Origin: an uncultured Planctomycetota bacterium
Lineage (GTDB): Bacteria; Planctomycetota; Planctomycetia; Isosphaerales; Isosphaeraceae
Direction: 5' to 3'
Assembly (NCBI GenBank): GCA_963737655.1
Contig: CAVTTN010000002.1
Location: forward strand, 3,840,001-3,904,000
DNA: 64,000 bases
Shown: one piece after another, positions 19,425 to 29,843 of the stretch
Layout of the letters: every line of letters starts with the position of its first letter
How positions within the stretch are numbered: the stretch's first letter is position 1
Program-made: the position numbers and the translations under genes
The notes under the pieces: model-generated
Told to the model about the DNA's origin: nothing
Seen by the model: only the letters and a program-made list of their open reading frames with translations
The model's database searches: none

Positions 19425-20633
19425 TCAGGGGGACGGCAGGTTGTGCAGGGTATTGCCCAGGACTTCGCCCAGGGCCGACCGGGCATCGTCGTAGAGCTTC
19501 CGTTCCTGAGCCGGGTCGCGATCCTTCGTGGCAGCGAGGTGGTACGCCTCGTAGGCGGACATCCCGCGGGGAGGCAGTCGTGTCTTGCCGGTCGCCCGGC
19601 TCTCCCAGACCGAGGAACCGTCCCTGGTCAGGACGACGTGGACGGCCAGGGCGACGGTCCTCAGCGGGGACTGGAAGAAGCGGCCATCATACTTCTCCGA
19701 GGCATGGAGCGTCAGGTGGTAGGGGGCCGCCTCGTCCCACACGGCCGCGAACGCCGATTTCTCCGGACGAGGGAGGAAGCCGCGTCGGTGGAGCGCATCG
19801 GTCAGTCGGGGAGCGACCGTGGCGGTGAGCGCCTTCCGCGAGGCCTGCCCGTCCAGGAATTCGCCCTGGATCGGATCCACGACGAGGCCAGACCGGGCGA
19901 CGAGCCGGACGACCAGGGCGCGGGCCTCGGCCCGGATCGGCTCGCGACGCGCCGACGTCAGTTCGTCGGCCGCCAGGACGGCCGATTCACACAGAGCCAG
20001 GACGGCGTCGGGCTTCTCGCCGGCGAGCAAGGCGTCGGCCGCCTTGAGGTTGGCGACCGCCTCTTTCTCGGCCGACACCGCGAAGGCCGCATCAACGGGC
20101 CCGCGGAGCTCGTCCAGGGCGGGGTTGGTGCGGACGCGGTCCCGAAGCTCCCGCAGAGCGGCGGCCGTCTCGCCGGTTCGATCGGCCTCCAGCAGGGCGA
20201 GCGTCTCGGACGCCTCCCGGAGGGCCAGTCGGTCCCTTCTCTGAAGCAGCTCCGGAGACGGCCGCTCGCCCGATGTGCGAGAGAGCCGGATCGCGTCCTG
20301 AACCTTCGCCAGGGCCTCGTCCAGATGGCCCGATTTCTCGGACTCCTCCGACGCCTCGACCGTCTCCCGGATGATCCTCTCCCGGAAGGACCGCTCGCGG
20401 CCCTCCCAGATCCGAAAGGAACCGAAGAGGGCGAGGACCCCGGCCAGCATCAGCAGGACATACCAGGCCCAGACCGGTTTCCGCCGCTTCCGTCGCTGGA
20501 GTCCGACGGCCCGGGGGAGGAACGGAACCTCGACGAACGTTCCGCACTCGCCGCAACGCACCTGACGGCCCGGCGAGAGGCCCCGGGGCGAGACCTCCGA
20601 CCCGCAGACCGGGCACGCGAAGGCCCCGACCAT
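19425..20633 (-). CDS. Membrane-anchored hypothetical protein with N-terminal zinc ribbon
   Basis: CPVC...CGEC, basic stretch, one TM helix, then a helical domain; ATG after GGGGAGG. Confidence 0.75.
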   Translation of the reverse strand: MVGAFACPVCGSEVSPRGLSPGRQVRCGECGTFVEVPFLPRAVGLQRRKRRKPVWAWYVLLMLAGVLALFGSFRIWEGRERSFRERIIRETVEASEESEKSGHLDEALAKVQDAIRLSRTSGERPSPELLQRRDRLALREASETLALLEADRTGETAAALRELRDRVRTNPALDELRGPVDAAFAVSAEKEAVANLKAADALLAGEKPDAVLALCESAVLAADELTSARREPIRAEARALVVRLVARSGLVVDPIQGEFLDGQASRKALTATVAPRLTDALHRRGFLPRPEKSAFAAVWDEAAPYHLTLHASEKYDGRFFQSPLRTVALAVHVVLTRDGSSVWESRATGKTRLPPRGMSAYEAYHLAATKDRDPAQERKLYDDARSALGEVLGNTLHNLPSP

Positions 20634-20773
20634 CCCGATTGCCTCCCCGGGCGGAAGCTCGGCCCCGGTCCATCCCGGTGCGCAGCATCTCCGCGGCGTC
20701 CTCTTTCCATAGGACGCACAACTCGGCGATTTGTTCAATCCCTTGGCAAATTCAGGGCGCACTCACCGGGAAT

Positions 20774-21553
20774 TCACGCTTCGGCCGTACACTGGTTGAT
20801 GAGCCAGGTATCGACATCGGCGAGCATCGGGGCCGAGAGCCGGTGGGCGCACGGATAGGTCTGAAACGCCACCTTCAGCCCCCCGGCGCGGAGGACTGCG
20901 ACCTGCCGGCGGGCCGTTTCGATCGGGGCTCGGGCATTCCACTCGCCGTGGACGACCAGGATCTTCACGTCCCGGCAGCTCTTGAGCCGAGCCAGAGGGC
21001 GAAATCGGCTGGGGAGCCAGCCGTTGATGGCGACGACTCCGGCGAACCGCTCGGGATAGGTCAGGCCGAGCCAGTAGGCCACCGCCGCCCCCTCCCCCGA
21101 GCCGACGAGAAAGATCCGTTCGGAATGGACGTGAAGCGCCTTGCGAGTCCGCCGGATCGCCCGGAAAATCCCTTCCTCCACCAGATCGATCGGGTCGAGA
21201 GGGCCTTCGGGCCATAGCGTCCGACTGACGACCTGGCTATCCGACGGTGAAGGCGGCGCCGGCTTCCGCCGGTCGGGGCGGACGAACGGCCCTCCCCAGG
21301 AAAAACCCTCGGCGGGGATGCGTCGGCCGACGGGTTCGGGCGCTCTCAGCCCCAGGCCGACATAATTGCGCCAGCTCATGGCCGGCATCGACCGGAGCAT
21401 CTGATGCTCGTCGCCGCCTCGGCCATGGAGCATGACGAGCAAGGGATACGCGTAATTCGGCTCGTACCGCTGAGGGATGAACTGGGCCTCGGTCAGCACG
21501 CTCACGTCGACCGGCGCGTCGAACGGAGGAGAAATCCGTCGGTCGCCGTCCAT
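20774..21553 (-). CDS. Phospholipase/carboxylesterase-fold alpha/beta hydrolase, probably inactive
   Basis: PLLVMLHGRGG, RIFLVGSGEGAAVA, PERFAGVVAING, VVHGEWN, CAHRL. Confidence 0.8.
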   Translation of the reverse strand: MDGDRRISPPFDAPVDVSVLTEAQFIPQRYEPNYAYPLLVMLHGRGGDEHQMLRSMPAMSWRNYVGLGLRAPEPVGRRIPAEGFSWGGPFVRPDRRKPAPPSPSDSQVVSRTLWPEGPLDPIDLVEEGIFRAIRRTRKALHVHSERIFLVGSGEGAAVAYWLGLTYPERFAGVVAINGWLPSRFRPLARLKSCRDVKILVVHGEWNARAPIETARRQVAVLRAGGLKVAFQTYPCAHRLSAPMLADVDTWLINQCTAEA

Positions 21554-21908
21554 CGCGGGTGCTCCTCAGGAGAGAGTGAGGGTCGGAAAATCGGCCGCCC
21601 AACCGGGTCACATGTTGCGTCGTAGGCAGGTCGAGCGGGGCTGCCAAAGCATAGCCACGAAATCCCCGGGCTTCAACAAATTGCCCAGTTCCCGGACGGA
21701 TTTTCTCAAGTTCTCCGAGCGGTCGTCCGAAAGGTGGGTAATTTGACGTTAAAGGCCCGGGTTGTAGGGGCTTAGAGACGGCAACCTGCAGGCCGTCAGG
21801 CTTCGAGAGCGCCCCCATCCGGGAGGTGTCCGGGCATGGGTAGGTCTGGGCCTCCCGGGGCCCGCTCAGAAGGCGGCCCCGGGTCGGGAGAGTGGCTGGC
21901 CGATCCTC

Positions 21909-23987
21909 TCAGGCCTTCTTGGGGACGGCCTTCGCCGGATGGAAGATCTTCAGGGCGGTCTTGGGCTTCGGCCTGGCCTGGAGGATCGCCGCCCTCTTGG
22001 CCGCCGCAGCCTGAGCCGCAGCCTGGGCCTTGGCCCTCGCCGCAGCAACCTTCTCCTTGGCGGTCGCCTTCATCGGAGGGGCCGGCGAGCTCGCGGCCTT
22101 GGCCGCCGAGGCTGCTCCTCCGCCGGTCGTGGTCTTCGTGGTGGCCGCCGAGGTCGTCGAGGTCGTCGTGGTCGTGGAGGCCGCCGGAGTCGTCGCGCTC
22201 ACCGCCGCGGAACCCGTCCCGACGGCCGTGGTTGCCGTGGTGGAGGTCGTCGTGAGCGTCTCGGGCGTTCCGTCGGCCGCCGTCGTGGCCTCGGTGCTCG
22301 TGGTGGAACCGGTCACGGTGCTCGACGAGGCCGAACTTGAGGCAGTCGTCGCCACGGCCGAGGAGCCGTCGGCCGAGATCACCCGGAGGGCGATCGGCGC
22401 CCCGGCCAGGCGATTGTTGGTCGGGTTCGAGTCGTCGATCGTATGATCCGGATCGACCACGGCGACGATCCGGGCCGTGCTGGAATTCGGGTCGAACCCA
22501 TCCGGCAAACGGTACGGGAGCTTCACCGTCGCGACGACGTTCTGTGAGTACCCCGGAGCCAGACCCGAGGGAACCTGGACGTCGCCGAGGACCAGCTCGG
22601 GGGCCGACGGATCATCGTTATCTTCGTACAGGAAACGGACCTTGAACGCGCCGGCCTGACCCGCTCCGGCGTTCTCGACCGTGGCGGAGACCGGGAACGT
22701 GCTGCCTCGATACAGGGCCGGCGAAGGTTCCTGGACCGAATCGACCCGGAGGTCGGCCGGCGAGGCCTGGGGCGTCGCCGGGGCGGTGGCTGGCGCCGAA
22801 ATGGTCAAGGTCGTCGCGTCCTGGCCGAGGGTCGGGTTCGGCGCGGTCACCACGGGGTTGGCCACGGCCCCGGCATCCTGGATCATCGTGACGGTGTAGC
22901 TGGTCGAACCGGCCAGTGCGGCCGGCGCGTAGATCGGCAAGGTGATCGTCTGCGAGGCCGTCACGGTCTGCTGGGCCCCGACGGCCGGGATGGCCACCTG
23001 GCCGATCTCGTAGTCGTAGTTGCCGCCAGGCGACTGTCCCGAGGGCGTCAGGACGATCCGGGCGTTCGTCGGCGGGGCTGAACCTTGCGAGAGGTTCGTC
23101 ACGGACGCCGAGACCGTCAGCGAATCGCCCCACGAGACGCTCGAAGGCGAGACGGAAAGGCCGGAGCCCACGAGGTTGGGCGGGACATTGGGCGTGATCG
23201 TGACGACCGAGTCGAGCATCGGCGCCTGGGGATCGACCGTGGCCGCCGAGGCTGGCGTCCCCGACGCCGGGGCGAGAACCGCCGTCAGGAAGAATGACGG
23301 CGACGAGCCCACCGAGGCCATCGGCGAAGGCGGAAGCTGGAGCGTCTGATTGAACGAAACGTTCGAGCCGGGAGTGACCCCGACGGCAATCGGGATCGTC
23401 CCGACGAGCACGGCATCGTTACTCGGCGCGGCCGTGGAAGATGCAAAAATGTCCACTTCGGCGGGGGCGTCGGAGGTCGCGGTCCCGGAATTCGTCACGG
23501 AGCCGCTCGCGCTGAACGAATCGCCCCAATCGAGGTTGTGATCGGTTGAGAAGGACGCGAAGTTGAGCGACGCGTAGGCGGTGGAGGCGGCGCTGGTGGT
23601 CGTCGAGGACGAGCTCGGGGCCGAGGTCGTCCCCGAAAACGAGACCGAGACGGGCGAGGACGAACCGGACGTCACCGCGGGCGATGTGGCCGTGACCACG
23701 GGCGACGCGCCCGAAACGACCGGCGACGCGCCCGAGAGCGTCGAGCTGGTCACTCCCGAAACCGAGCTGGTCGTGGTGGTTGTGGTCGTCGAGCCGGTGC
23801 CGCTCGTGCCCACCCCGGAGGCCACCATCTGGATGGCCGACAGGGCGGAATCGAGGGCCGATGTCACCCCGGACAGGAGCTCGCGGCCCTCCAGAGGCTC
23901 GAAACGGAGGATAGTGGGGCCTCGCCCCCAGGCCCGGCGGCGCACGGCGGCCCGGCGATCGAGAGACGGCATGGTCTTCTCCTCCAT
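21909..23987 (-). CDS. Planctomycete extracellular protein with CARDB-like Ig domains and Ser/Thr-rich linkers
   Basis: LRFEPLEGRELLS N-terminal motif; three repeats of the form W/GDS..VS..V.N.G; VVDPDHTIDDSNPTNN. Confidence 0.8.
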   Translation of the reverse strand: MEEKTMPSLDRRAAVRRRAWGRGPTILRFEPLEGRELLSGVTSALDSALSAIQMVASGVGTSGTGSTTTTTTTSSVSGVTSSTLSGASPVVSGASPVVTATSPAVTSGSSSPVSVSFSGTTSAPSSSSTTTSAASTAYASLNFASFSTDHNLDWGDSFSASGSVTNSGTATSDAPAEVDIFASSTAAPSNDAVLVGTIPIAVGVTPGSNVSFNQTLQLPPSPMASVGSSPSFFLTAVLAPASGTPASAATVDPQAPMLDSVVTITPNVPPNLVGSGLSVSPSSVSWGDSLTVSASVTNLSQGSAPPTNARIVLTPSGQSPGGNYDYEIGQVAIPAVGAQQTVTASQTITLPIYAPAALAGSTSYTVTMIQDAGAVANPVVTAPNPTLGQDATTLTISAPATAPATPQASPADLRVDSVQEPSPALYRGSTFPVSATVENAGAGQAGAFKVRFLYEDNDDPSAPELVLGDVQVPSGLAPGYSQNVVATVKLPYRLPDGFDPNSSTARIVAVVDPDHTIDDSNPTNNRLAGAPIALRVISADGSSAVATTASSSASSSTVTGSTTSTEATTAADGTPETLTTTSTTATTAVGTGSAAVSATTPAASTTTTTSTTSAATTKTTTGGGAASAAKAASSPAPPMKATAKEKVAAARAKAQAAAQAAAAKRAAILQARPKPKTALKIFHPAKAVPKKA

Positions 23988-24090
23988 GAGAAGGCGGCCC
24001 GGGGCGACGGTCTGGACCGTCCTCCCCGCGCGCGAGTCCGCGAAGCCCCTCCTTGGGGCTTCGGGACTTTATCGCCCCCTCCCGAAGCCG

Positions 24091-24712
24091 TCAACCCCGA
24101 AATCCGGCCTCTCGTTCGAGCCCTTGTTCAGGTTCGGTCCGCCGCCGGAGGATCAACGATGCCCCGATCCCTTGAAGCGCCACCCACCAGGAGACGCCGA
24201 AGATCAGGTAGTTCCATCGCGGGAAAAAGACCATCAAGATGCCGGTGAGATACATCTGAACGGCCGGAATCAGGAACCGGGCGCCGAACAACCAGGCCAT
24301 CGTGGCGAAGCCGAACGTGCTGAGGGTCGCCCAGGTGGGCTTGAACCAGTCGTGCTCCCAGCCCGAGAGCGCGTTCATCGTGGCGGCGTTGAAGGCCAGG
24401 ATCAGGAACGTCCCCCAGACCCTCGCGATCACCGCGGCCGCCGACGACGAGCGCAGCAAGCCGGGGCCCGCAACCGCTCGAATCGTCGCGAGCGAAACCA
24501 GGAGGTCCGCGACCCAGAGGGCCGGGTGCCTCGGGTCGCTCCGGACCCCGGGATCGACCAACGCCTGGCAGGCGAGGAACGCGGCGAGGTGGACCCAGCC
24601 GACGGCCATCAGCGCGACGCCCCATCGCCCTCTCGCGGCGGAGGCCGCGGCCTCGTCGCGAAGGGCCTGTGCGCGGAAGGGCGGGCCGAACCCGCCGGGG
24701 ACTCGCGATCAA
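24091..24712 (-). CDS. Integral membrane protein, last gene of the PKS operon (start uncertain, possible frameshift)
   Basis: Several TM helices from ATG 24609. That frame stays open up to the ATPase stop; a TTG at 24712 overlapping the stop is one base out of frame. Confidence 0.65.
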
Positions 24713-25383
24713 CTCGGGACAATCTGGCCATCGCGGAGCTTCACCTCGCGGTCGGCCGAGGCGGCGACCTCGGCACTGTGGGTGACCATGACCAGGGTCA
24801 ATCGCCTCTCCGCCTTCAACCTCTTGAGCAATTCGAGGACGTCGGCCTGATTGCGGCTGTCCAGGTTGCCGGTCGGTTCGTCGGCCAGGATCAGGCTCGG
24901 TTCATTGGCCAGCGCCCGGGCGATCGCCACCCTCTGCCGCTCGCCGACCGAGAGCTTCCTGGGAAGATGGGACTTGCGATGCCCCATGCCCACCTCGTCG
25001 AGCAAACGGCCCGCGCGGTCGAGCCGCTCGGACCGGGGCCACGGCCCCTCGAACATCGGCATTTGCACATTCTCAATCGCCGAGAGCGACGGCACGAGGT
25101 GGAACGACTGGAAGACGAACCCGAGCTGTCGCGAACGGAAGGCGTCGCGATCGAGCGTCCCGAGCGGCCGGCCCCGGAAGAACACTTCGCCGGCCGTCGG
25201 CCGATCGAGCCCGCCGAGCAGGTAGAGCAGGGTGCTCTTGCCGCAGCCGCTCGGCCCGGTGATCGCGACGGACTCCCCTTCGGCCACCTCCATCGAGACG
25301 CCTTGAAGCGCTTTCACGTCTCCATCGGGATACGTCTTCACGAGCTCGGACGCGGAAAGCAACGGTAGGGTGCCCTCACTCAT
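24709..25383 (-). CDS. ABC transporter ATP-binding protein (LolD/MacB-like)
   Basis: [46 protein letters not shown]. Confidence 0.93.
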   Translation of the reverse strand: MSEGTLPLLSASELVKTYPDGDVKALQGVSMEVAEGESVAITGPSGCGKSTLLYLLGGLDRPTAGEVFFRGRPLGTLDRDAFRSRQLGFVFQSFHLVPSLSAIENVQMPMFEGPWPRSERLDRAGRLLDEVGMGHRKSHLPRKLSVGERQRVAIARALANEPSLILADEPTGNLDSRNQADVLELLKRLKAERRLTLVMVTHSAEVAASADREVKLRDGQIVPS

Positions 25384-26503
25384 GGCGGAGCGCCTCCGTG
25401 GGGTCGAGCGAGGCGGCTCGGAGGGCCGGATAGACCCCTCCCAGGAGGCTCAATCCCGCCCCCATCGCCAGGGCGATCCCGAAGGCGGCCGGAGGGAGGT
25501 TGGGGTCGATGAAATTCCGCGACGTAGGCGCCTGGAGCAAGGCCCAGAGGCCCGCGTACGCCAGGGACATCCCTCCCACCGCCCCGAGGAGCCCCAGGGC
25601 GAATGCCTCCCCCAGGATCATCCCCAGGACGCGTTTCCTCTTCCACCCGATCGCTCGCAAGACGCCGATCTCCCCGGTCCGTTCGAAGACCGCCATGATC
25701 ATCGTGTTCAGCACGCCGATGGAGCCGATCACCAGCGCCACCAGCGACGTGGTCCAGGCCATCGCCTTGGCAAGCTGAATCTGATAGTCCCGGTTGACGT
25801 ACTCCTTGGATGCCTCGGCCATCACTCCCGGAATCCTGGACTCGATCTCCTTCGCCAGGGCGGCGATTTTCGATCCGTCCGCCGGGAAATCGGTGGAGAT
25901 CACGAAGGCCGTCACCTGGCCCTCCCGTCCCATCATCGTCTGGAGGGTCGCCAGGGGAACGATGAGACTCCCGTTCTCGAAAATGCTCTCGCTATGGAAC
26001 ACGCCAACGACTCGGAAGGACTCACCGGCCACGTCCAGTGAATCGCCCGGCCGCTTGTCCAGGCTCCGGGCCAGGACTCGTCCCAACAGCGCCACCTTGC
26101 CTCCGCCCGGCCGGAGGTTCTCGCCCTCGTCGATCTTCAGGTCCCTCAACAGGAGACCGCCCGGCTCCCAGCCGTTGACGACCACGCTCACCAGGTTCGC
26201 CTTCTCGAACGTGACGGTATCGACGAGGGATTTCGCGACTTCCCGGACGCCCGGAAACGCCTTCAAACGGTCCGCCAGCGAGGCATCCAGGTTGCTCGAA
26301 AGCCCGTTGCCGATCCCTCCGCGGACGACCACCAGGTCAATCCCCTTCGAGCTGTAAAGCTTGAGGAACGATCGCTCAAAACCCCACGCGATGCCCATCA
26401 ATACCACAACCGCGCCCACGCCGACGGACAGCCCCACGACCGTGAGGATCGTTCGGACCGGGCGATTGATCAGGTTCTTGAGAATCAGGGTGCTGAAGCG
26501 CAT
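25376..26503 (-). CDS. ABC transporter permease (MacB periplasmic + FtsX-like domains)
   Basis: KNLINRPVRTILT, NTMIMAVFERTGEIGVLRAIG, YPALRAASLDPTEALR. Confidence 0.92.
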   Translation of the reverse strand: MRFSTLILKNLINRPVRTILTVVGLSVGVGAVVVLMGIAWGFERSFLKLYSSKGIDLVVVRGGIGNGLSSNLDASLADRLKAFPGVREVAKSLVDTVTFEKANLVSVVVNGWEPGGLLLRDLKIDEGENLRPGGGKVALLGRVLARSLDKRPGDSLDVAGESFRVVGVFHSESIFENGSLIVPLATLQTMMGREGQVTAFVISTDFPADGSKIAALAKEIESRIPGVMAEASKEYVNRDYQIQLAKAMAWTTSLVALVIGSIGVLNTMIMAVFERTGEIGVLRAIGWKRKRVLGMILGEAFALGLLGAVGGMSLAYAGLWALLQAPTSRNFIDPNLPPAAFGIALAMGAGLSLLGGVYPALRAASLDPTEALRHE

Positions 26504-26537
26504 GGGTGGGATTTCGCAATCCTGGAGTCGGAGATGT

Positions 26538-27386
26538 TCACGAAGGGCTCTGCCCCACGAGCACATAGCCCACCTTCCGCCAGATCAATTCGTACCGGCT
26601 GCCGGGCAAGACCCTCTGGCCGATGGCGGCGACGTCGAGGTCGCGATAACGCTCGACCATCTCGGTGAAATCGTCGCCCAGCTTCAGCAGCTTCGAGACG
26701 ATCCAGCGATCCACGCCAGGCAGGCCGATCTTGCGGAACAGCATGCGATCGGTCAGGTCCGGCACCTCATCGGCCACGACGATCGTGCCGCCGGGCCTGA
26801 CGGTCCGGGCCATCTCGCGGAGCGCCTTCTCGGGGTCATTGAAGTAATTGAACCCGCCGATGCTCAGGGCGCAGTCGAATGAGCGATCGGCGAACGGCAG
26901 ATCTTCGGCCTCTCCCTGGACGAGAGTGACATCTCGCCCCGTTTCCCGGACCCGCTTCATGCAGGCCGAGAGCTGGACCTCGGACACGTCCACGCCCGAG
27001 ATCGCCCAGTCCTTCGGGAGCCAGTCGAGATACACGCCGTCGCCGACGGCGACATCCAGGAGCCTCAAGCCCGGCCCCGTGGGGAGATGTCGGAGGATCT
27101 TGTCGCGAGACCTTCGCTCGCCGCCCAGGCTGACGAACGTGAACCACTCCCAGAACCGGAATTTCGGCCAGTCGGGGCCGTTGTAGAAGTCGGCGGCGAC
27201 CTTGTTATTGGCCGAGGTCTCCGGCCTGACGACGAACACGCCGTCGCGGACCGGATACGAGGCCCCGCACCCCGGACACGCGGGGATTCCGCCGGCCATC
27301 GCCGCCCCGCACGAGACGCACCGCCATGAGGGCGAGGTCATCGAGGGGGTTGATTCGGCAATCCTCTCGGGCGAGGTCGTGCTCAT
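26538..27386 (-). CDS. Class I SAM-dependent methyltransferase with N-terminal zinc ribbon
   Basis: CVSC...CPGC; LLDVAVGDG; AEDLPFADRSFD; EMARTVRPGG. Confidence 0.88.
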   Translation of the reverse strand: MSTTSPERIAESTPSMTSPSWRCVSCGAAMAGGIPACPGCGASYPVRDGVFVVRPETSANNKVAADFYNGPDWPKFRFWEWFTFVSLGGERRSRDKILRHLPTGPGLRLLDVAVGDGVYLDWLPKDWAISGVDVSEVQLSACMKRVRETGRDVTLVQGEAEDLPFADRSFDCALSIGGFNYFNDPEKALREMARTVRPGGTIVVADEVPDLTDRMLFRKIGLPGVDRWIVSKLLKLGDDFTEMVERYRDLDVAAIGQRVLPGSRYELIWRKVGYVLVGQSPS

Positions 27387-28210
27387 GGTCGCTCTCTCCT
27401 CGGGCCTTCGACCAGACAATAGCCGAGCCGCCTCCAGATCGGAAGCCGATCGGCCTCGGGCCAGGTCTCTCGGATCAACGCATCCAGGTCCAGCTCGGTC
27501 GAGAGGACCATAGAGACGAATTCGGGCGGCAAGCCGACGCGTCGCATCCACCAGGCATCATACGCCTTGAGGCCGATCAGATGGCCGAGACCGAACCGCT
27601 TCAGGTCCGACCTCTCGTCGGCGACCACGACCACGCCCCCGGGCCGGGTGACGCGTCTCATCTCGCGAACGGCCGCAGCCGGGTCTCGGAAATAATTGAA
27701 CCCGCCGACGGTGAAGCAGGCATCAAAGCTGGCATCCGGGAAGGGGATGGCCTCGGCCTCGGCGAGGACCAGCCGGCCCCTCGTCGTCGGAAAGCGGAGG
27801 GCGCAGGCTTCCAGAGGTCTTCGCGCCAGGTCGAGCCCGTAGATGGATCGATCCCCGGCGAGAAAGGCCAGATTTTCGCCGTCGCCGATCCCCACTTCCA
27901 GGACTCGCGAGGCGGCTTCGGGCAGATGCGCCAGGATCTCGCCGCGAGCCTTCTTCGGACCCCCGACGATCCGCAAGAACAGCCGTTCCCACGGCCGAAA
28001 ACGCGGCCAGGACGGGCCGTCGTAGAAGTCGGCCGCCACGCGATTCCGGCCCGTCAGGGGCCCGATGGCCTCGAGGATGCCATCAATCCAGGGATATTCG
28101 CGAGAACAACCCGGGCAACGAGCGCAACCGCCCAGCGCCGACCCGCAATCGAGGCAGGCGGCGAGATCACGGGCGGTCGGCGATTCGGGCTTCGAGTCGG
28201 TCACGTTCAT
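27383..28210 (-). CDS. Class I SAM-dependent methyltransferase with N-terminal zinc ribbon
   Basis: CLDC...CPGC; VLEVGIGDG; AEAIPFPDASFD; EMRRVTRPGG. Confidence 0.88.
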   Translation of the reverse strand: MNVTDSKPESPTARDLAACLDCGSALGGCARCPGCSREYPWIDGILEAIGPLTGRNRVAADFYDGPSWPRFRPWERLFLRIVGGPKKARGEILAHLPEAASRVLEVGIGDGENLAFLAGDRSIYGLDLARRPLEACALRFPTTRGRLVLAEAEAIPFPDASFDACFTVGGFNYFRDPAAAVREMRRVTRPGGVVVVADERSDLKRFGLGHLIGLKAYDAWWMRRVGLPPEFVSMVLSTELDLDALIRETWPEADRLPIWRRLGYCLVEGPRRERP

Positions 28211-28219
28211 GAGTGGCGA

Positions 28220-28988
28220 TCAAAACTCCGTGGTCAGCCCGCGAGGGCCGGCATGGTCCATGATCCGGTCGAACAATCCGTCGGGCATGTGTCGCAAGAC
28301 GGCCATCCCGAGGGCGGTGTCCAGCGGGAAGACCAGATTGCGGGGTCGCGTCTCGACGGCCCGAACCAGGTATGGCGCCGCCTCTTCCGGCTCCATCATC
28401 TTCGGCGTCTTGCGGAATGGGGTATCGCGGGTGATCGCGGTGCGGACGAAGCCGGGGCAAACCGTGGTGATCGTCACGCCTCGGCGCTTGAGGGCGGGCC
28501 GGAGCCCTTCCAGGTAGGCGATCAACGCGGCCTTGCTCGCCGAATAGCCGGCCATCCACGGCATTCCGCGAAATCCCGCCACGCTCGCCACGCCGACGAG
28601 ATGTCCGCGTCCTCGCTCGATCATGCCCGGCAAGACGGCGTCGATCGCGTTCGCAACGCCCATCACGTTCACGGCGAGCATGGCGCGGAAGCCGTCCAGG
28701 TCCAGGTCGGGCACCGCGGTCAGACGGCCGAGGCCCGCGCAGCGCGACGAGCGCATCGAACGGTCCGACCTTCTCCTGAAGGTGGGCCACGGCCTCGCCG
28801 ACCTCCGAGCGATCCGTCACGTCCGCCGTGGCCGAACCGGCAGCCCAGGAGGCGGAGGAAAGTCCCTCAGCATCGCGATCGATCAGCCCCACACGATGGC
28901 CGCCTTCGGCCAGCGCCTTGGAAGTCGCCCGGCCGATGCCGTTGGCCGCCCCCGTGATCAGGACCGTTTGAGGCCGGGGACGTTTCAT
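28220..28988 (-). CDS. SDR family oxidoreductase (frameshifted near 28742)
   Basis: ITGAANGIG from ATG 28988 in one frame; CAG, VASVAG, YSASK and VCPGFVRT in the next frame. Confidence 0.85.
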
Positions 28989-29830
28989 CGCGAGGCCCCC
29001 GCCATCGAGAAGCTCTGAAGGAAATCGACGACGGCCGAGACGAACGCCTCGCCATTCTCTTCCGGTGCGCGATGCTGGGCTCCGGCGATCAGGACGCTCC
29101 GGCAATCGGCAAGGTGCTCGACGAGATAGTCCGCCGTCGTGAGGAATGGCGAGTGCTCTCCGTAGAGGGCCAACGTCGGCTGACGGACGGCGAGGATCGT
29201 TTCGACCGTCAGGCCCGCCTCGGCCTTGGAGTCATCGCCACACGTCGTGTTGCCCAGGCGGAGCAGGCGATTCAGGCCCGGAAGGCCGACGGCGCGGCGG
29301 AACTTGCGGAGGCCCTCCTCGTCGAGGTGGAGCACCTGATCGAAAAACTTGCCGAGATCGTACCAGTACTCCTCGGAGAGCGTCACACCGGCGTCCTCGG
29401 CTTCCTTGCGGAAGTTCTGCCAGTGGCCCCAGCGGCTCAGGTGCTCCAGGTGCCGGAGCGCCGGGAAATACGGGTCCGAGAGCACGAGCGCCTCGACCCG
29501 ATCCGGTCGCAGGCTCGCGGCATGGAGCGCGATCACGGCGCCGAAGCTGTGGCCGACGAGCCGGGCCTTCTCGATTCCCAGCTCGTCCATCAGGGCGAAG
29601 AGGTCGGCGGAATGGTCGGCCGAGGTATAGCCCGATGGCGGAGCGTCGCTGTAACCGTGGCCGCGAAGGTCGAATGCGGTCACGCGATGCGTTTGCGAGA
29701 GCGCCTGGATCGCCCGACAGAGGAACCAGATCGAGAGGTCGCCGGTCACCCCGTGGATCAGGACGACGTCGGGACCGCCGCCCTGCTGCTGGACGTGGAA
29801 CTTCAGGTCGCGGGTCGTCACGAACGGCAT
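28985..29830 (-). CDS. Alpha/beta hydrolase, candidate thioesterase
   Basis: LIHG, DLRGHGYS, GHSFG nucleophile elbow, C-terminal His (AQH). Confidence 0.88.
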   Translation of the reverse strand: MPFVTTRDLKFHVQQQGGGPDVVLIHGVTGDLSIWFLCRAIQALSQTHRVTAFDLRGHGYSDAPPSGYTSADHSADLFALMDELGIEKARLVGHSFGAVIALHAASLRPDRVEALVLSDPYFPALRHLEHLSRWGHWQNFRKEAEDAGVTLSEEYWYDLGKFFDQVLHLDEEGLRKFRRAVGLPGLNRLLRLGNTTCGDDSKAEAGLTVETILAVRQPTLALYGEHSPFLTTADYLVEHLADCRSVLIAGAQHRAPEENGEAFVSAVVDFLQSFSMAGASR

Positions 29831-29843
29831 CGGGGTCCTCGCA

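Noticed and set aside
21854..21883. GC hairpin downstream of the CARDB gene as a terminator
   Set aside because: Imperfect stem with no U-tract on either strand.
24709..24711. Stop-codon readthrough fusing the ABC ATPase to the membrane protein (same frame, single TGA)
   Set aside because: The ATPase ends at a normal length and no recoding signal was seen; a frameshift or the ATG at 24609 is simpler.
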